DNA of 64,000 nt from Hormiphora californensis (lineage: Eukaryota > Animalia > Ctenophora). Below, in pieces: positions 51,793-63,963 of the stretch. The stretch spans positions 6,758,001-6,822,000 of the forward strand of contig CM035354.1 of the NCBI GenBank assembly GCA_020137815.1, given 5' to 3'. Position 1 is the first letter of the stretch, and the number at the start of each line of letters is the position of its first letter. Under the pieces are notes generated by a model. The model ran no database searches, was not told where the DNA came from, and saw nothing but the letters and a program-made list of their open reading frames with translations. The position numbers and the translations under genes are program-made.

Positions 51793-54700
51793 ATGGCGAA
51801 GGTTATTAAAGGAACTGCGGTCGCTAAGAAGGTCCGAGAGGCCCTACGTGATGAAATTCTGGAAATAAAAGAAACCAAACCTGAATTTACACCCGGTCTA
51901 ACTGTCGTCCAGGTATAGCACCGCTTGTACTTAAATTAGTTTAACCAATTTAAATAAATATTTGCACTGGACATAAGTGTATTCATGTATTTAGTAAGTG
52001 TTTTCACTATATGCATCTCAAACAGAGTATTACATATTCAGGTTGGTGATAGGCCCGACAGTAATGTTTACATTGGCGCTAAGATCAAGGCGTGTAAGGA
52101 GATTGGAATCGAGGGGACCCATCTCAAGTTTCCACCTACTACTACAGAAGAGGAGCTGGTGGGAGAGATTGAGAGGCTGAACAACGATCCTAATGTCCAT
52201 GGAATCATCCTACAGGTATTGTGGTGTTATGTGTGGTTCTTCATTGCGATTTGGGGGATATGTTGGAGGGTCCGGGTCTTAAAATGGAACTAGGAGAAGG
52301 AATTCTAATTTCTAGTTTCTCCAGTGTCTTGAAACTCCTCCAAATATTTTTCATCTTTTGACAACAATTGCTATATATTGGGAGAGTTGCATTTGGCCCC
52401 TAGCTCACACCTACCTGATTTGATTTGATCAAATCAAACACCTACCTACTAATGACTAAAGTGAGGGTACTGGACTGTCGGGTAGCAGGTGGGTGATTTT
52501 AGAAGAATATAATATGAAATTGTGGTCAAGACTAGAGATAAGGGACAAGGGCCTAATTGAGAACAGAGCTACTGCAGAGACCTGGTTGAAAATGAAATCA
52601 TTTTATGCAAGGACTAGATTCATCTAGAACAAATCTCATTCCCTTTACACATCATTTCCCAAGGTACCTCTGGACTGTAACACTGGTATTGATGAGGCGC
52701 TAGCCACGAACGCCCTGGCCCCCTCTAAGGATGTGGACGGGTTGACTGATGTGAATGCTGGACGTTTGTCCCGGGGAGACCTTAAACGGTGTTTCACCCC
52801 CTGCACTCCATCAGGTTGGTGGTGATCGGTTTTACAATTTAACACTTGAAATAGATGCAGCAAAACAGTTCTGGGCCATTTCAAAATTCAATCCCATTCA
52901 ATGTGGATCCCGGGACACAGCCAATATATCGAGTATTCTTTCATTTTTGGTTAATTATCGGGCATTCCTGCGAGTTTTGACGTTCCCAGACGAGGCTGAG
53001 GAAGTCTGGGGCTTTTAAACATGACTCGAGAACTATCTAACCAGTTTCTAAGGAATCTTAATTCCACGAAACCACGAGTGGTATAACAGTTAACTATGTT
53101 GCCTTGTCTGCAGGTTGCATGGTGCTGATTGAGGAGGCTGGAGTCGATGTGAAGGGAAAGAATGTCTGTGTCGTGGGACGGAGCAAGATTGTGGGGGCAC
53201 CAATGCATGATTTGCTGCTGTGGGCACATGGCACGGTGACAACATGTCACTCCCGGACCCCCGATCTCGGTAAATTAGAGAAAGAACTTTTAGAGGAGGT
53301 ACGTGTTATTATAGCACGTGCCTTGAGCCAAGATTCGTGCTGTCAAGGTTCTTGACAGGTGGATAATAGCTCTTTAATTTCTTCTGGAAAGTTCTGTAAA
53401 TTTCTATGATTTAGGAGAGTAGTATAGAGACACAAAAAACAGAGCTAATTTGACATGTTGCTAAGAGATGGTTAGGAGATACAGTAGGTTTATGATTGAG
53501 AGATAGTAAAGAGATGAGAGATAGCTGCCACGTGCCCATTTCTTGTGCCAAAAATCATGCTAAGGAGGGTGAGAGAGAGGGGGAAAGAGAGAAAAAGAGA
53601 GATATACCAAAAATAACGCCTTTCTTTACCAAGAATATTGGAGCCTGCAAGACAATTTAACTCTATAACCCTATTTTTCTCACATGCCTTCTTAAACCAC
53701 TTCCTCTGGTAACGTCACCGCTAAAAAAGCAAAAATCAAAAGAAACACTTTTTAGCTCCTTTTCTTTAGTTTGATGGTCAACTTTAGCGAATATTTGCAG
53801 TTAGAAATTATAATCTAACTAAGAAATTTAAGCCAAATAATAAAACCACACTCTCTCAGTATTTTTCAGTGATCTTATATAACACATTCCCTCCACACCA
53901 GGATACCACATCAAGCAAGCAGACGTGGTTGTTGTGGCCGCTGGCAAGAAGGAACTGGTAAAGGGAGACATGATTAAACCGGGTGCGGTGGTTATCGATT
54001 GTGGTATCAACCCCGAACCCGATGCAACTAAGAAAAGTGGTGTGAAGTTGTGGGGAGATGTTGAGTACGGAGCTGCAAAGGAGGTGAGAGATATAACACT
54101 TTATTTTCGAACTCTATATTACACCTCTGTGCTAGCTAGACAAGGTTTCGAGGGGCTAGTATTACAACCATATTCACTTCACACAAAAAACACTTCCTCA
54201 CAGGAGGAAAACAGAAGATGTTTGAACAAATAGTATGACACTTATACACCGTATAATGGCTAAAAAGGTTTTTCACACAAACAGCTTAAAACAGCTTTAA
54301 CAGGTTACCTGGGTCACTAGGTCCATCACACAAAAACATATCAAAGTTTGGAGAGATACACCTTTCTACGAAATGTTCCCCGCCGATCAATGATCGGCGA
54401 TCATCACATAAAACTTCTCGTAAAATAGCTGTCCATTCCTTCTCGGCATAAATTATCATATATGGTCCAGCCGTCATCAAATATCAATTAGTGTTTAGGC
54501 AACAAACTGTCTAGTCCATGTGCTATTATAAAGTCAGTGTGTCTTTGTCAACAGATTGACCTCAACAGTGTGTCGTTGTCAACAGATTGACCTCAACAGT
54601 GTGTCGTTGTCAACAGATTGACCTCAACAGTGTGTCGTTGTCAACAGATTGACCTCATAAAAACTGTTGCAGTGGGTATCTTATGTCCGCTACTCAGCAC

Positions 54701-57184
54701 CCCTACTTGATGTTCAAAGTTTACTGCACTGTTCGTTACAATCATCCTCCCCTGGGCCAGCCTCCTTATTGTCTGGCGAATATTATGGTTCCGGGAGATG
54801 AGAATTAGGGGATTCAGTGCACTGGTAACCATGGGAACGAACCCAAAAATAATGTCATGAACGCTCACCTGCCATGGTGAAATGTACACAAGAAGGACAA
54901 AGAAAATGGAGCTGATATAGGGAATATTCATGAGTAGAATCGTGGTACAGCCTCGTCTGGTTTGTTTCTGATTTGGACATTCCTTGTTTGTGGTGTTTGC
55001 CTCCTTGTTATCCTTGCGTGGAAAGTAGAGGTAGATAAAGGTACTGAAGGAGAAAATAATGCCGGTGAGACAGTGCAGGGCATTCAACCAGATGCAGATA
55101 TTACAAAGGGTAAAGTAGAGACTTCTCTTTGTTCTGTCAATCTGTTTTAGAAGCAGGATGGGGATGTTATTGGCGCTCATGATCGAGGTATAAATGATGA
55201 AGTACACGACAATCCACCTCTTGGGGATGCGAATAAAGGGTGTTATAATCTTCTTAAACCGGGTAGCTGCAAGGAGGGTTGTTCCACACTGAGAGTAACA
55301 CCCCGTGGTACATGCAAATACCCGGGCTGTCTCGATGATGAACAAAGATCCAGACACCAGCTCGCCCTTCATCATGTACACAAAGTAGACCAAGGGTGCA
55401 AAGATACATGTCAGGGTGTCAGATATAGCGAGGGATTTAAAAAGAAATGTTGTAGCCCCGTTCTTCCTGCTCTGGTGGTTGTGTAGGATAAGGAGGGGGT
55501 TGAGGGAGGTTGAAACTAGGAAGCAGCACAGGAGAATTATACCCAGGGTATAGTTGATAAACATGTCGGTTGTGGTGGGGGTGTACTGGATGATGGTTAT
55601 GTTTTGTTTCTCCTCACTTCCCTTGTTGAATAGTTCTTCATCATCCACGTTCACCAGTTTCCAGAATATCAGCATTTTAGTCAGCTAGATCGGAGTTTAT
55701 ATGGGGTGGTGAATTCTTAGAACAATAAACTCACTTAGGAGATAGGGCTAGGATAGTAAAATCTAAAAGCAGTGAACTAACTGAGAAAGTAGGGATAGTA
55801 AAATCTAAATGCAATAAACTCACTGAAAAAAAATAGTATAGAGATGATAAAATCTAAAAACCATAAACTCACTTAGGAAATAGGGACAATAAGATCTAAA
55901 AGCATGCCATGTCACAGAATTCTTGGCACACTCCACATAATGCTCGCACTATATTATATCTGATAAGGACAAAGGGATGCCACACGTGCTTAGAACATTT
56001 ATACACGTGAACAGTCTATATTATAGCTGTTGCTGAAGGACAATGGAGAACGGATATGTTTATGTGTTTCCGAATAGACGAGAGTGTAATTATATTGACT
56101 CTAAAACATATATTTGGCTACATAGCGTTTCAAAAGATTTACTAAATAAAATATACTGTCAGACAAATAGAATGCTGTGAGTGCAAAGTATCATAGTGGC
56201 AGGTTACTAACAAGAATTATTGCATTATGTATTCATAATGCTGTGTTTCCCTGCCCTACCGTTTCACATGTCAATGACATTGTCACTGCCAACAGGATCA
56301 AGGCTTGGTCGATAATGTAATGTGAGATGCATACGATCTAGCTGTCAGTATACTTCTCACATAGCTTAGAGTTAGCTAACTCCCAATCACATGACACTTG
56401 CTAACCAGCTTTTGACATTCCAACTTAACTACTTATCTAACATCTCACACTCGACTCGCAAGATGAAAATGTGTATGTAACACACGAAACGCGCGGCAGA
56501 GCATTTCATGTTTTGTTGAGTGGCGCGCGCACACACGTCCGTCAAACTGTGTCAATGAGGTGTTTGATGAAGGAGTAGCTCGTCACTGTGTGCGCGGCTC
56601 TAGTTGCTACACCGTTGCCCTCGCAACGAAAGTGTGACCAAAAAATGTCCCTCTACCGATTAGTTAGTATACCAAAATGTCGTTTTCGAATTCTAACCCT
56701 GCTATGCCTTTTTACAAAGTAAAAAGGCATCCGGGTGAATGCCTTCGGCATTCACCCGGGCAGGGAAAAAATCTTTCTCTCACATGACGGGTGTACTGGC
56801 TAACCAGGGCTGTCTTGGGTGAATAACTCCCCACCATGATGTTATATCTTGACAGATAGGGGTATAGACAGCGGGGGGAAATGATACCAATGGTATGATA
56901 CAACTGCAATAGTATAATGTAAAAACAGATGTTGAGTCAAGGCGGTATACGGGTTGAATAAAGAGACTTCGTTTCGAGTGGCCCCTGTGCTGGTTTGGTA
57001 GTCCGAATGAATAACGACTTGTCGGTTTGAGCGGGTTGGAGACTGGAGAGATCACGATTACAAAAGTTGAAGTGTGTGGAGTTGCTGCGTGAGAGATTCT
57101 CAGCTCATCTGGGGGGACCATCTGCGGCAAAATATCTTTGTCCTTTGACTTGTATATAAGGTCTTTGTTCCCCACTCTCTTTAA

Positions 57185-57269
<85 letters not shown>

Positions 57270-58362
57270 TCTCTCTCTCTCTCTCTCTCTATCTGCCCTC
57301 TCATTTTATCTCTAATGACCGAAAATTTCGAGGTATTCATGAACGGTGCTCTGTGACTACGGTCTACGCACTAATGCAAAATTCATAACTTTGGCGAAGC
57401 TAACTACACGTTTGACGTTGAGCTATCTTAATCATGCATGAAGCTCCGCCTCTCTCTCGCTCTCTCTCTCTATCCCCTTCTAGCTGTCCCTCTCTATATC
57501 TAACGGTCATTATCGAACACCCAATCTTCCATTACATTAGTCAATTATATAGTGGTCATTTGCATGAGATACTATTGTCACCCCCGGCCCCCCTCCATAA
57601 CAAGACACAATTATCCAATGTGATAATAGAACAGAGTATGTTAGATAAATTATTCGTTATTGCTAGCAGAAGTCAATCATCAAGCTCAGAAATGCTCAAA
57701 TTAAATTATCTATTGTAATATAACAACAAATCTAACCGACTTATGTCCTAACTCACAAATGTTATAATTACCATGATAGTCCATAGCATATAATAACGTG
57801 TTCAGTTTATTAAAAACACACATATTTCCCCAGGTTGCGGGATACATCACCCCTGTCCCTGGTGGTGTAGGACCCATGACTGTGGCCCTGCTGATGAGAA
57901 ATACTGTCACAAGCGCTAAGCGAATGAATGGTAAGGGAGAGGGGTAGAGAGAATAGAGATAGAAACAAAGCTCTGGCCACATGCACAGCTATATAATGTG
58001 GTGAGAACAAAAAGCTTAGTGAAACTTATACAGGCTGGGTTAATTATAATACAGGCCTCATGAAAGAGAGGGGGATAATGAGATAAATAGGAAATTATAT
58101 TGTACCAGGCGCCAGGATACCAAAGGACGGCAGTAATGTCGAAACAAGTTGAACTTTACAATATTAATGCATCTATAAAGGTCTGATAAAAAGATACGTA
58201 AAACTGCATACTTTGTGACAAAGATTATTATGATAGCTGTAGACAAGGATGTTGTTCAGATGAATCTTACTTCATATCCGTTTATCTGACAAGTGATACT
58301 GTTCATATACCTGTAGTCTCTCTGTATCTCTCTGACTCTCTCTCTCTCTCTATCTCTCTCTG

Positions 58363-58413
<51 letters not shown>

Positions 58414-59486
58414 ACCTTCATCTCTCTATAAATATATGCCAAAATGGTTAGGTAAGGTCATCCATTATAATGATAATCGGACATCATAATAATATAAAGT
58501 TCCGTGCATTTGGTCTATCTTGCTCTCGAAAGATCTTATCTTGCTCTAACTGGCAGAATTAAGCGATATTTGTTTGATATTATCTCGAATTATCGAGCTT
58601 TCTGATAATGTAGGGAGGTCAGAGAGGAATGTGTAAATGAGGTCGGGTGCTAACTGCTAACCTAGACTCGATTTCGACGGTCGACGTAATGGGCCGCGTG
58701 AGAACCATAATTCAAGATAGCATCAAACAAATGTCGTTAAATTCTGCCATTGAGAACAAGATCTTTAGAGAGCAATATCTCAGATCTACCTAATATGCAA
58801 ATGAGGAGTAATATCAATAATTGTATTGTAGTGTGGGGCAAGCTGTGATGTTAATGAGATAGTACTGTAGTAGGGAAAATAATGAATAGTTATCTTACAA
58901 CACCTTTTGTACTTAGAGATATAAATATTCGCCACGTCCTATGCAATAGTACATTATAGGACGTGGTGAATATTTATATCTCTAAGTACAAAAGGTGTTG
59001 TAAGATACCTATTCATTATTTTCTCTACTACAGTACTATCTCATTAACATCACAGCTTATATTATAAGGGCCACTTATTCATTTTTTATCAAACAAGGCC
59101 AGGTTCTAAGAGCAAAGATCGGTGGATAAAGAGTTAAACAGAAATGTCGCGACTTGAAGCTCTATTAGAGATAAACCGTGAGAATATGTCAAGTCATGAC
59201 TTTTAAATTTATTATAAGTAGCTGGGCGCTGGCTCTAAGATCTGACTAGTGGTTCAAAAACTAAATGGCAATGAAAAAAAATAAAAACGAGAGGAAGGGA
59301 TATTGTTGGCTAGTGCTGGGTTATTAGGTGACAGCTGTAATAAAATGAAAGAAACAGCTGTACCATACCAATTAAGAGTAAAGATGTAACAGCAGAACAA
59401 ATTACCAACTACCAAAAATGATGTGGCTGGGATCATTTACATTATAATTCTCACTACCTACAGCCACGACAAATGCTAAGATCTGA
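51793..59486 (+). CDS. Methylenetetrahydrofolate dehydrogenase/cyclohydrolase, MTHFD1-type DC domain only; exons 51793-51912, 52042-52215, 52664-52813, 53114-53270, 53902-54082, 57834-57930, terminal exon uncertain (59464-59486 or 59791-60105)
   Basis: [94 protein letters not shown]. Confidence 0.88.
54547..54656. repeat. 31-bp tandem repeat (~3.5 copies) overlapping the GPCR stop codon
   Basis: Unit tgtcaacagattgacctcaacagtgtgtcgt. Confidence 0.9.
54641..55675 (-). CDS. Divergent rhodopsin-class 7TM GPCR (344 aa), intronless, antisense within MTHFD intron 5
   Basis: Seven hydrophobic segments; LAISD (TM2), ATRF (DRY position), NIPY (TM6), [12 protein letters not shown] (TM7). Confidence 0.85.
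   Translation of the reverse strand: MLIFWKLVNVDDEELFNKGSEEKQNITIIQYTPTTTDMFINYTLGIILLCCFLVSTSLNPLLILHNHQSRKNGATTFLFKSLAISDTLTCIFAPLVYFVYMMKGELVSGSLFIIETARVFACTTGCYSQCGTTLLAATRFKKIITPFIRIPKRWIVVYFIIYTSIMSANNIPILLLKQIDRTKRSLYFTLCNICIWLNALHCLTGIIFSFSTFIYLYFPRKDNKEANTTNKECPNQKQTRRGCTTILLMNIPYISSIFFVLLVYISPWQVSVHDIIFGFVPMVTSALNPLILISRNHNIRQTIRRLAQGRMIVTNSAVNFEHQVGVLSSGHKIPTATVFMRSIC
56209..56770. mobile_element. Helentron/DINE-1-like element, second copy of the 8861-9900 family, without the tandem array
   Basis: aacaagaattattgcattatgtattcataatgctgtgtttccctgccc...atcaaggcttggtc...aatgtaatgtgagatgcat; terminal hairpins atgccttttt/aaaaaggcat and ccgggtgaatgcc/ggcattcacccgg, then gcagggaaaaa. Confidence 0.72.
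58520..58776. mobile_element. Degenerate MITE-like inverted repeat
   Basis: tggcagaattaagcgatatttgtttgat...ctcgaattat vs ataattcaagatagcatcaaacaaatgtcgttaaattctgcca; outer ttgctctc/gagagcaa. Confidence 0.6.
58840..59058. repeat. Near-perfect ~220-bp hairpin (~100-bp arms)
   Basis: aagctgtgatgttaatgagatagtactgtagtag...ccacgtcctat / ataggacgtgg...ctactacagtactatctcattaacatcacagctt. Confidence 0.9.
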
Positions 59487-60555
59487 TGATCCATTTAAAA
59501 AGATGGCATGTTTGTGTGGTTAGTGAGAGGTCAGCCGGGGGCAGAGAAGTCTAGACAGTGCCAAGTCTTACCTTTTCCCCAGTACTGACTCTTTCTATCT
59601 CGTAGCTCTTTTTCACTAGCTATCTTTCACTAGAACAACTAACTTATCAAAACGCAATTATAATGAGTTTATAAGATACTTTTAGAAATCAATCAAATTC
59701 ATTCTTGTCAAAAATAAGGATTAAAAACTACAACCAATTCAAATCTAAAGATAATTTTCTTAAGCTAATAATCTACAACTGTTTCTTTAGGAATAACGTC
59801 CCCCCACAAGCCTATTCGAAGCTATTCGACAATGGCTGGTAGGCAATTTTCACCGACTGCCCGAAGTTATTCAACTGCTGCATCTCTTGGTCTCAGGTAA
59901 ATATGATAATTACATATATAATAGCCTGAGAAAACGTCTACCAAGAGTTAGAGTAGAAAAGAAAAGAAAAGCGATATTCATTTAGATTGTCATGAAATAA
60001 TTATTTCCTCTGAACTTCTGACTGACAGCTTCACCAGGAAATGCCATGTTTCACTAATTTCAACTTTCTATGTCCAACAGAGCGCTTCGTTTCCTAAAGA
60101 AATAGATCGAGGAAGGTGTGACAGTTAGAGATCTTGCTTCCTACGTGGTACGGATAACTGGGGAAATGGCAGTTGCCCCTCCTAGATAAATGTCAAGCGG
60201 AAAATTGTGAATTGTGAGATTTCCCATTTTTAGAAGTTTGAAGAAAGGGAGTTATAAAATATATCTAGAAGTAGCTTATGTGGTGTTATGAATGTTTTTA
60301 TTATCATTGTATCAATGCATGGACACTTTTTAAAGCTGAAAATTTAATTCTCGTTTTTGCTGGCAGAATGTTTTGAAGTTTTTAAGCGAAGGGGTTTTGT
60401 GAATGTACAGTCCTTTTTATGTCAGTTTTTATACGGGTTACAATATATACACTTTTTGGTAGGTTTATTAACAAAACCACTGTCTTTTATTCGACTTCCC
60501 CAGAGGATTAATTACTCCTCCACTGATCATTGGTCCCTAAATTACTCCAGAAACA

Positions 60556-62025
60556 ATGGCAGAGGTGGTGTCTATACTCAGTAGTGGAGAAGAGGATGAA
60601 GAAGGGAACAAAGAGACAACAGACACTGATGAAATATCAATACTAAAAGAATCTCACTCTTCAGACAAGGATAGTTGTTCAATTTGTCTAGGTGCGTTCA
60701 CCAATCGCTCCTTTATTAACGAATGTTTCCACGCCTTCTGCTATTATTGTATCCTACAGTGGTCAGAGGTAGCCCAAACATGTCCCCTGTGCAAGAAATC
60801 GTTTACTAAGATAATCCACGATGTAACATCGATAAGAACCTACAAGGAGACCATCGTGCACAAGTCTGAGAGAGCGGTGCAGATACCACACACCGTTAGG
60901 AACAGTTTCAGACCCATTGTTAGGTACCGGACTACCCAGAGGCAGGAAGATGAGGAAGTCGAGATAGAACCTGATAATAATCCCCCAAATCCACATCCCC
61001 CACGGCCTTTACGTCGTGAGAAGCGCCGCCTGAAACACCGGCCACGCGACGAAGAGGAAGTCAAGTTCCTAGAAGATCGGTTGAAGATCTACACGGAGAA
61101 TCAATGGGCGAAACCCCTCGTTTTGGAGACACATCGTCGCCTCCGTCGAGCATCACCGACATTTTATGTGAATTTTGAGGGTGCCAAACACCGGTTATTT
61201 CAGTTTATCAGATGCGAGTTGGAAGTGTTACTAAACGATAATGCGGACACCGTTTACACAGTCATCGAACGGATATGGAAACTTCTCGACAAATACCCTA
61301 TAAAATCAGATGCCTTTCACAGAAAATGCAAAACCCACCTGGGTGATAAAACTGGGCACTTTTGCCACGAACTCTACATGTTCGCCATTAGTCCGTATGA
61401 TTGGAAGAGCTACATGAGAAGAGTCCAGTATGGTTCTGCACAGAGGAGTAGATGGGATAGCAGCCCTGTACGGTATATTGGGGGAGGGGAGGGAGACTGT
61501 GTGATTGCTAATGTACCCTGGGATGTCGAGGAGGAAGGAGCGAGAAACAAACGGAAAACGAGTGACAGCTCAGTGGAGATAATAGAACAAAATGGTCGGA
61601 TTGGTTTGACTAACACTTCACCCATCGTGCTAGATGAATATGATGTTACACCCGTTTATATTGATCTAGACAACCTTCCCCCTACACCAACACACCAACA
61701 CACAGGGGATACATCGCCTCAACTCTCCATTCTCTCCCCAACACCAGCAGCAACAAACCTAACTACACCCTCCCTAACTGGGCCGTATCCAACAGAGGAT
61801 CATACTCCTACTACTACTACTACAGATAATGAGGTCTCCAAACGATCTCCAACTGGATCTCATGCCCCCAAACGATCGGTTACCCCAGACTTTAGTTCAT
61901 CTGGGAAGGGTAAAGAAAAACGGAGGAAAGCTGCAGTGGTTGTAACACCAGATGTATCGCCCATCAGATTGCTAATGGATGATACAGAACCGTGTTCTTC
62001 TAAACATATTAGTAGGGCTGACTAG
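60556..62025 (+). CDS. TOPORS: RING E3 ubiquitin ligase, Topors-like (489 aa, intronless)
   Basis: C3HC4 RING CSICLG...CFHAFCYYCILQWSEVAQTCPLCK; HRLFQFIRCEL and HFCHELYMFAISPYDWKSY..VQY blocks; SIM-like VEIIE and PIVLD. Confidence 0.85.
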   Translation: MAEVVSILSSGEEDEEGNKETTDTDEISILKESHSSDKDSCSICLGAFTNRSFINECFHAFCYYCILQWSEVAQTCPLCKKSFTKIIHDVTSIRTYKETIVHKSERAVQIPHTVRNSFRPIVRYRTTQRQEDEEVEIEPDNNPPNPHPPRPLRREKRRLKHRPRDEEEVKFLEDRLKIYTENQWAKPLVLETHRRLRRASPTFYVNFEGAKHRLFQFIRCELEVLLNDNADTVYTVIERIWKLLDKYPIKSDAFHRKCKTHLGDKTGHFCHELYMFAISPYDWKSYMRRVQYGSAQRSRWDSSPVRYIGGGEGDCVIANVPWDVEEEGARNKRKTSDSSVEIIEQNGRIGLTNTSPIVLDEYDVTPVYIDLDNLPPTPTHQHTGDTSPQLSILSPTPAATNLTTPSLTGPYPTEDHTPTTTTTDNEVSKRSPTGSHAPKRSVTPDFSSSGKGKEKRRKAAVVVTPDVSPIRLLMDDTEPCSSKHISRAD

Positions 62026-62313
62026 GGATCGGTAAACAATAAACATATTGGTAGGGCTGAATAGGGGTTTGCGGTAAACATATGAGTAGGGCTGCAATTA
62101 GGGGACAGGGGTCGATTTGTTTATGAAACTATGGGTTAGTATATATTGAGTTTTTAGCGCTGTTTGCTATCTTGTTTATATATTTCACATCAAACAAATT
62201 TACATGCAATGACCGGTGTGTTTTATTTTAACTCCCCCTCCAACAACCTATCACATTAAGCAGTAAAACCTAACACTCCCTATCTCAAATATATAGCAGG
62301 AATCCATGCTTCA

Positions 62314-63730
62314 ATGCTTCGGCGGCTAGTGAAGAAGGAAAATGTTACTGAGATTATTAAACAAGTGGACGCTTTTCCCAAGGTATCAATAGCGAGCAAG
62401 GTGTTGAACAATAGCTGTTTTATAGTGCGGACAGGGTTTGAATTCCTACTAAGAGAAGGAGAGAGAGAAAGACATAGATGTAGATGGGTAGAGAGAGTAA
62501 AATAGAAGCAAGACACACAGGGAAAACCTAGCTGTTGAGGTTATAGTTTCGCTAATCGATTAGACATAGGTCAGTTCAACGCACGGCTGCGATAGACATA
62601 GGCACGGCTGAGAGACATATAGTAGGAAAATAGAGAAGTAAGAAAAACTTAGACACTGTAAGGAATGGCTAACCGCTAACAAATCCATTAACAAAAGCTC
62701 CAGGTTCAGCTTTCTTTGAACTGTTCATATTGTTAAATCTAACGGGGGGGGGGGACATGTTAATTGTTAATAAATCACCTCTTTTTTTCGATTTTGTTAA
62801 TTAACGTTAATTAACAAAATTAACAAAATTAACAAATGCTAAAAGACTGTTCTTATTGGTTAATAATACGACTTTAACTGGTTTAATTTTATAGTTTAAT
62901 GAATTATCTAACACATATATACCCAAACAAGGCCTTTTCCGATAACCAAAGTCCGACATACAGGTTTTTTGGCTCAAAATCGATAAAATTCCAAGAGTTA
63001 CAAATATTTCAATTTAGCGTATAAAATCTCATTCTAACGTAATTTTTAAATTGGTAATCGATTCTTTGGACGTAATAAGATGATGTACAACGTTTCTGTT
63101 GAAAAAAGAAATAAAATTTTCCCAAAATCAATTTTTGGTCAATGATTGAAAATTTGCTTCGCTACAAATCCTTGTGTTTTTTTAGAAAAATTGATTTTTG
63201 GGATATTTTTCGTTTTAAGGTAAATTCATGAGTCTTATTTAGTTTTTAGGATGCGAAAATGTGGATTAGTGTCATTTGACTTCAATTGCGGTTTAGTTTG
63301 GCTAGTATTTATTAACATTTACAAAATGGAATAAATCGCTGTAGAAAAGCCGTAATAGAGGTAGTAGGGGTATGTAAATCGTACAGAATGAACAACTTTG
63401 CTCGCAGAACAAGTGTTAAATACTAAAAATACGTGCTAAAGGGGATTTAGATGACATAAATGGCATTTGTTAACGTTTGTTAACTTATTGTTAATTTGTT
63501 AATAAATCACCTGTTTTCTCGATGTTAATATTAACAAAGTTAACAAAATTAACATGTCCCCCCCCCATCTAACGGGACGAGCGATTCAAAAATATTTTAA
63601 ATTCGCAACTATTTCAGGTGGATGATAATTATGTGACGACAAACTCTTTCGGAGGGCTTGGTGACACTTCTCTGTTGGGCGGGTATCTCTCTCCTTCTCT
63701 ACTCAGAAATAAGGGACTTTCTTACACCAA
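62314..63730 (+). CDS. ERGIC2: ER-Golgi intermediate compartment protein 2 (Erv41-like), first two exons (62314-62382, 63618-63730); continues beyond the window; 1-nt frameshift near 63655
   Basis: MLRRLVKKENVTEIIKQVDAFPK|VDDNYVTTNSFGG(L)VTLLCWAGISLLLYSEIRDFLTP: ERGIC_N DAFPK motif plus TM1. Confidence 0.8.
62746..63566. mobile_element. Mutator/Foldback-like non-autonomous element with 9-bp TSD in ERGIC2 intron 1
   Basis: atctaacgg|gggggggggacatgttaatt ... aattaacatgtccccccccc|atctaacgg; subterminal ttaacaaaa repeats. Confidence 0.88.
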
Positions 63731-63963
63731 GTAAGTATTGCTAGAAACCCAATAAAATGAGACGCACGTCTGCCTGAGGGGGAGCCTGATGGTATCTCCT
63801 CAACATCAGACTCTTCAGATTCTGTCTCTTGGTACTCTTCCGACCCCTCTTCCTCGTCCTCTAGGATGGTCCCTGTACCGTCCTGATCCCCGTCAAGTGA
63901 CCGGGAGTAATCTTGGAGTCGCTCGTTTACCCACAATGCGTCACGTAGCAGGACATCAAGGTC
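63703..63963 (-). CDS. Possible terminal exon of an antisense gene nested in ERGIC2 (acidic tail)
   Basis: Acceptor catttcag then open frame DLDVLLRDALWVNERLQDYSRSLDGDQDGTGTILEDEEEGSEEYQETESEESDVEE...; no family recognised. Confidence 0.35.
   Translation of the reverse strand, partial: DLDVLLRDALWVNERLQDYSRSLDGDQDGTGTILEDEEEGSEEYQETESEESDVEEIPSGSPSGRRASHFIGFLAILTWCKKVPYF

Noticed and set aside
37356-55675. Nested GPCRs as opsins
   Set aside because: None has the retinal-binding Lys six residues before the TM7 NP-equivalent position.
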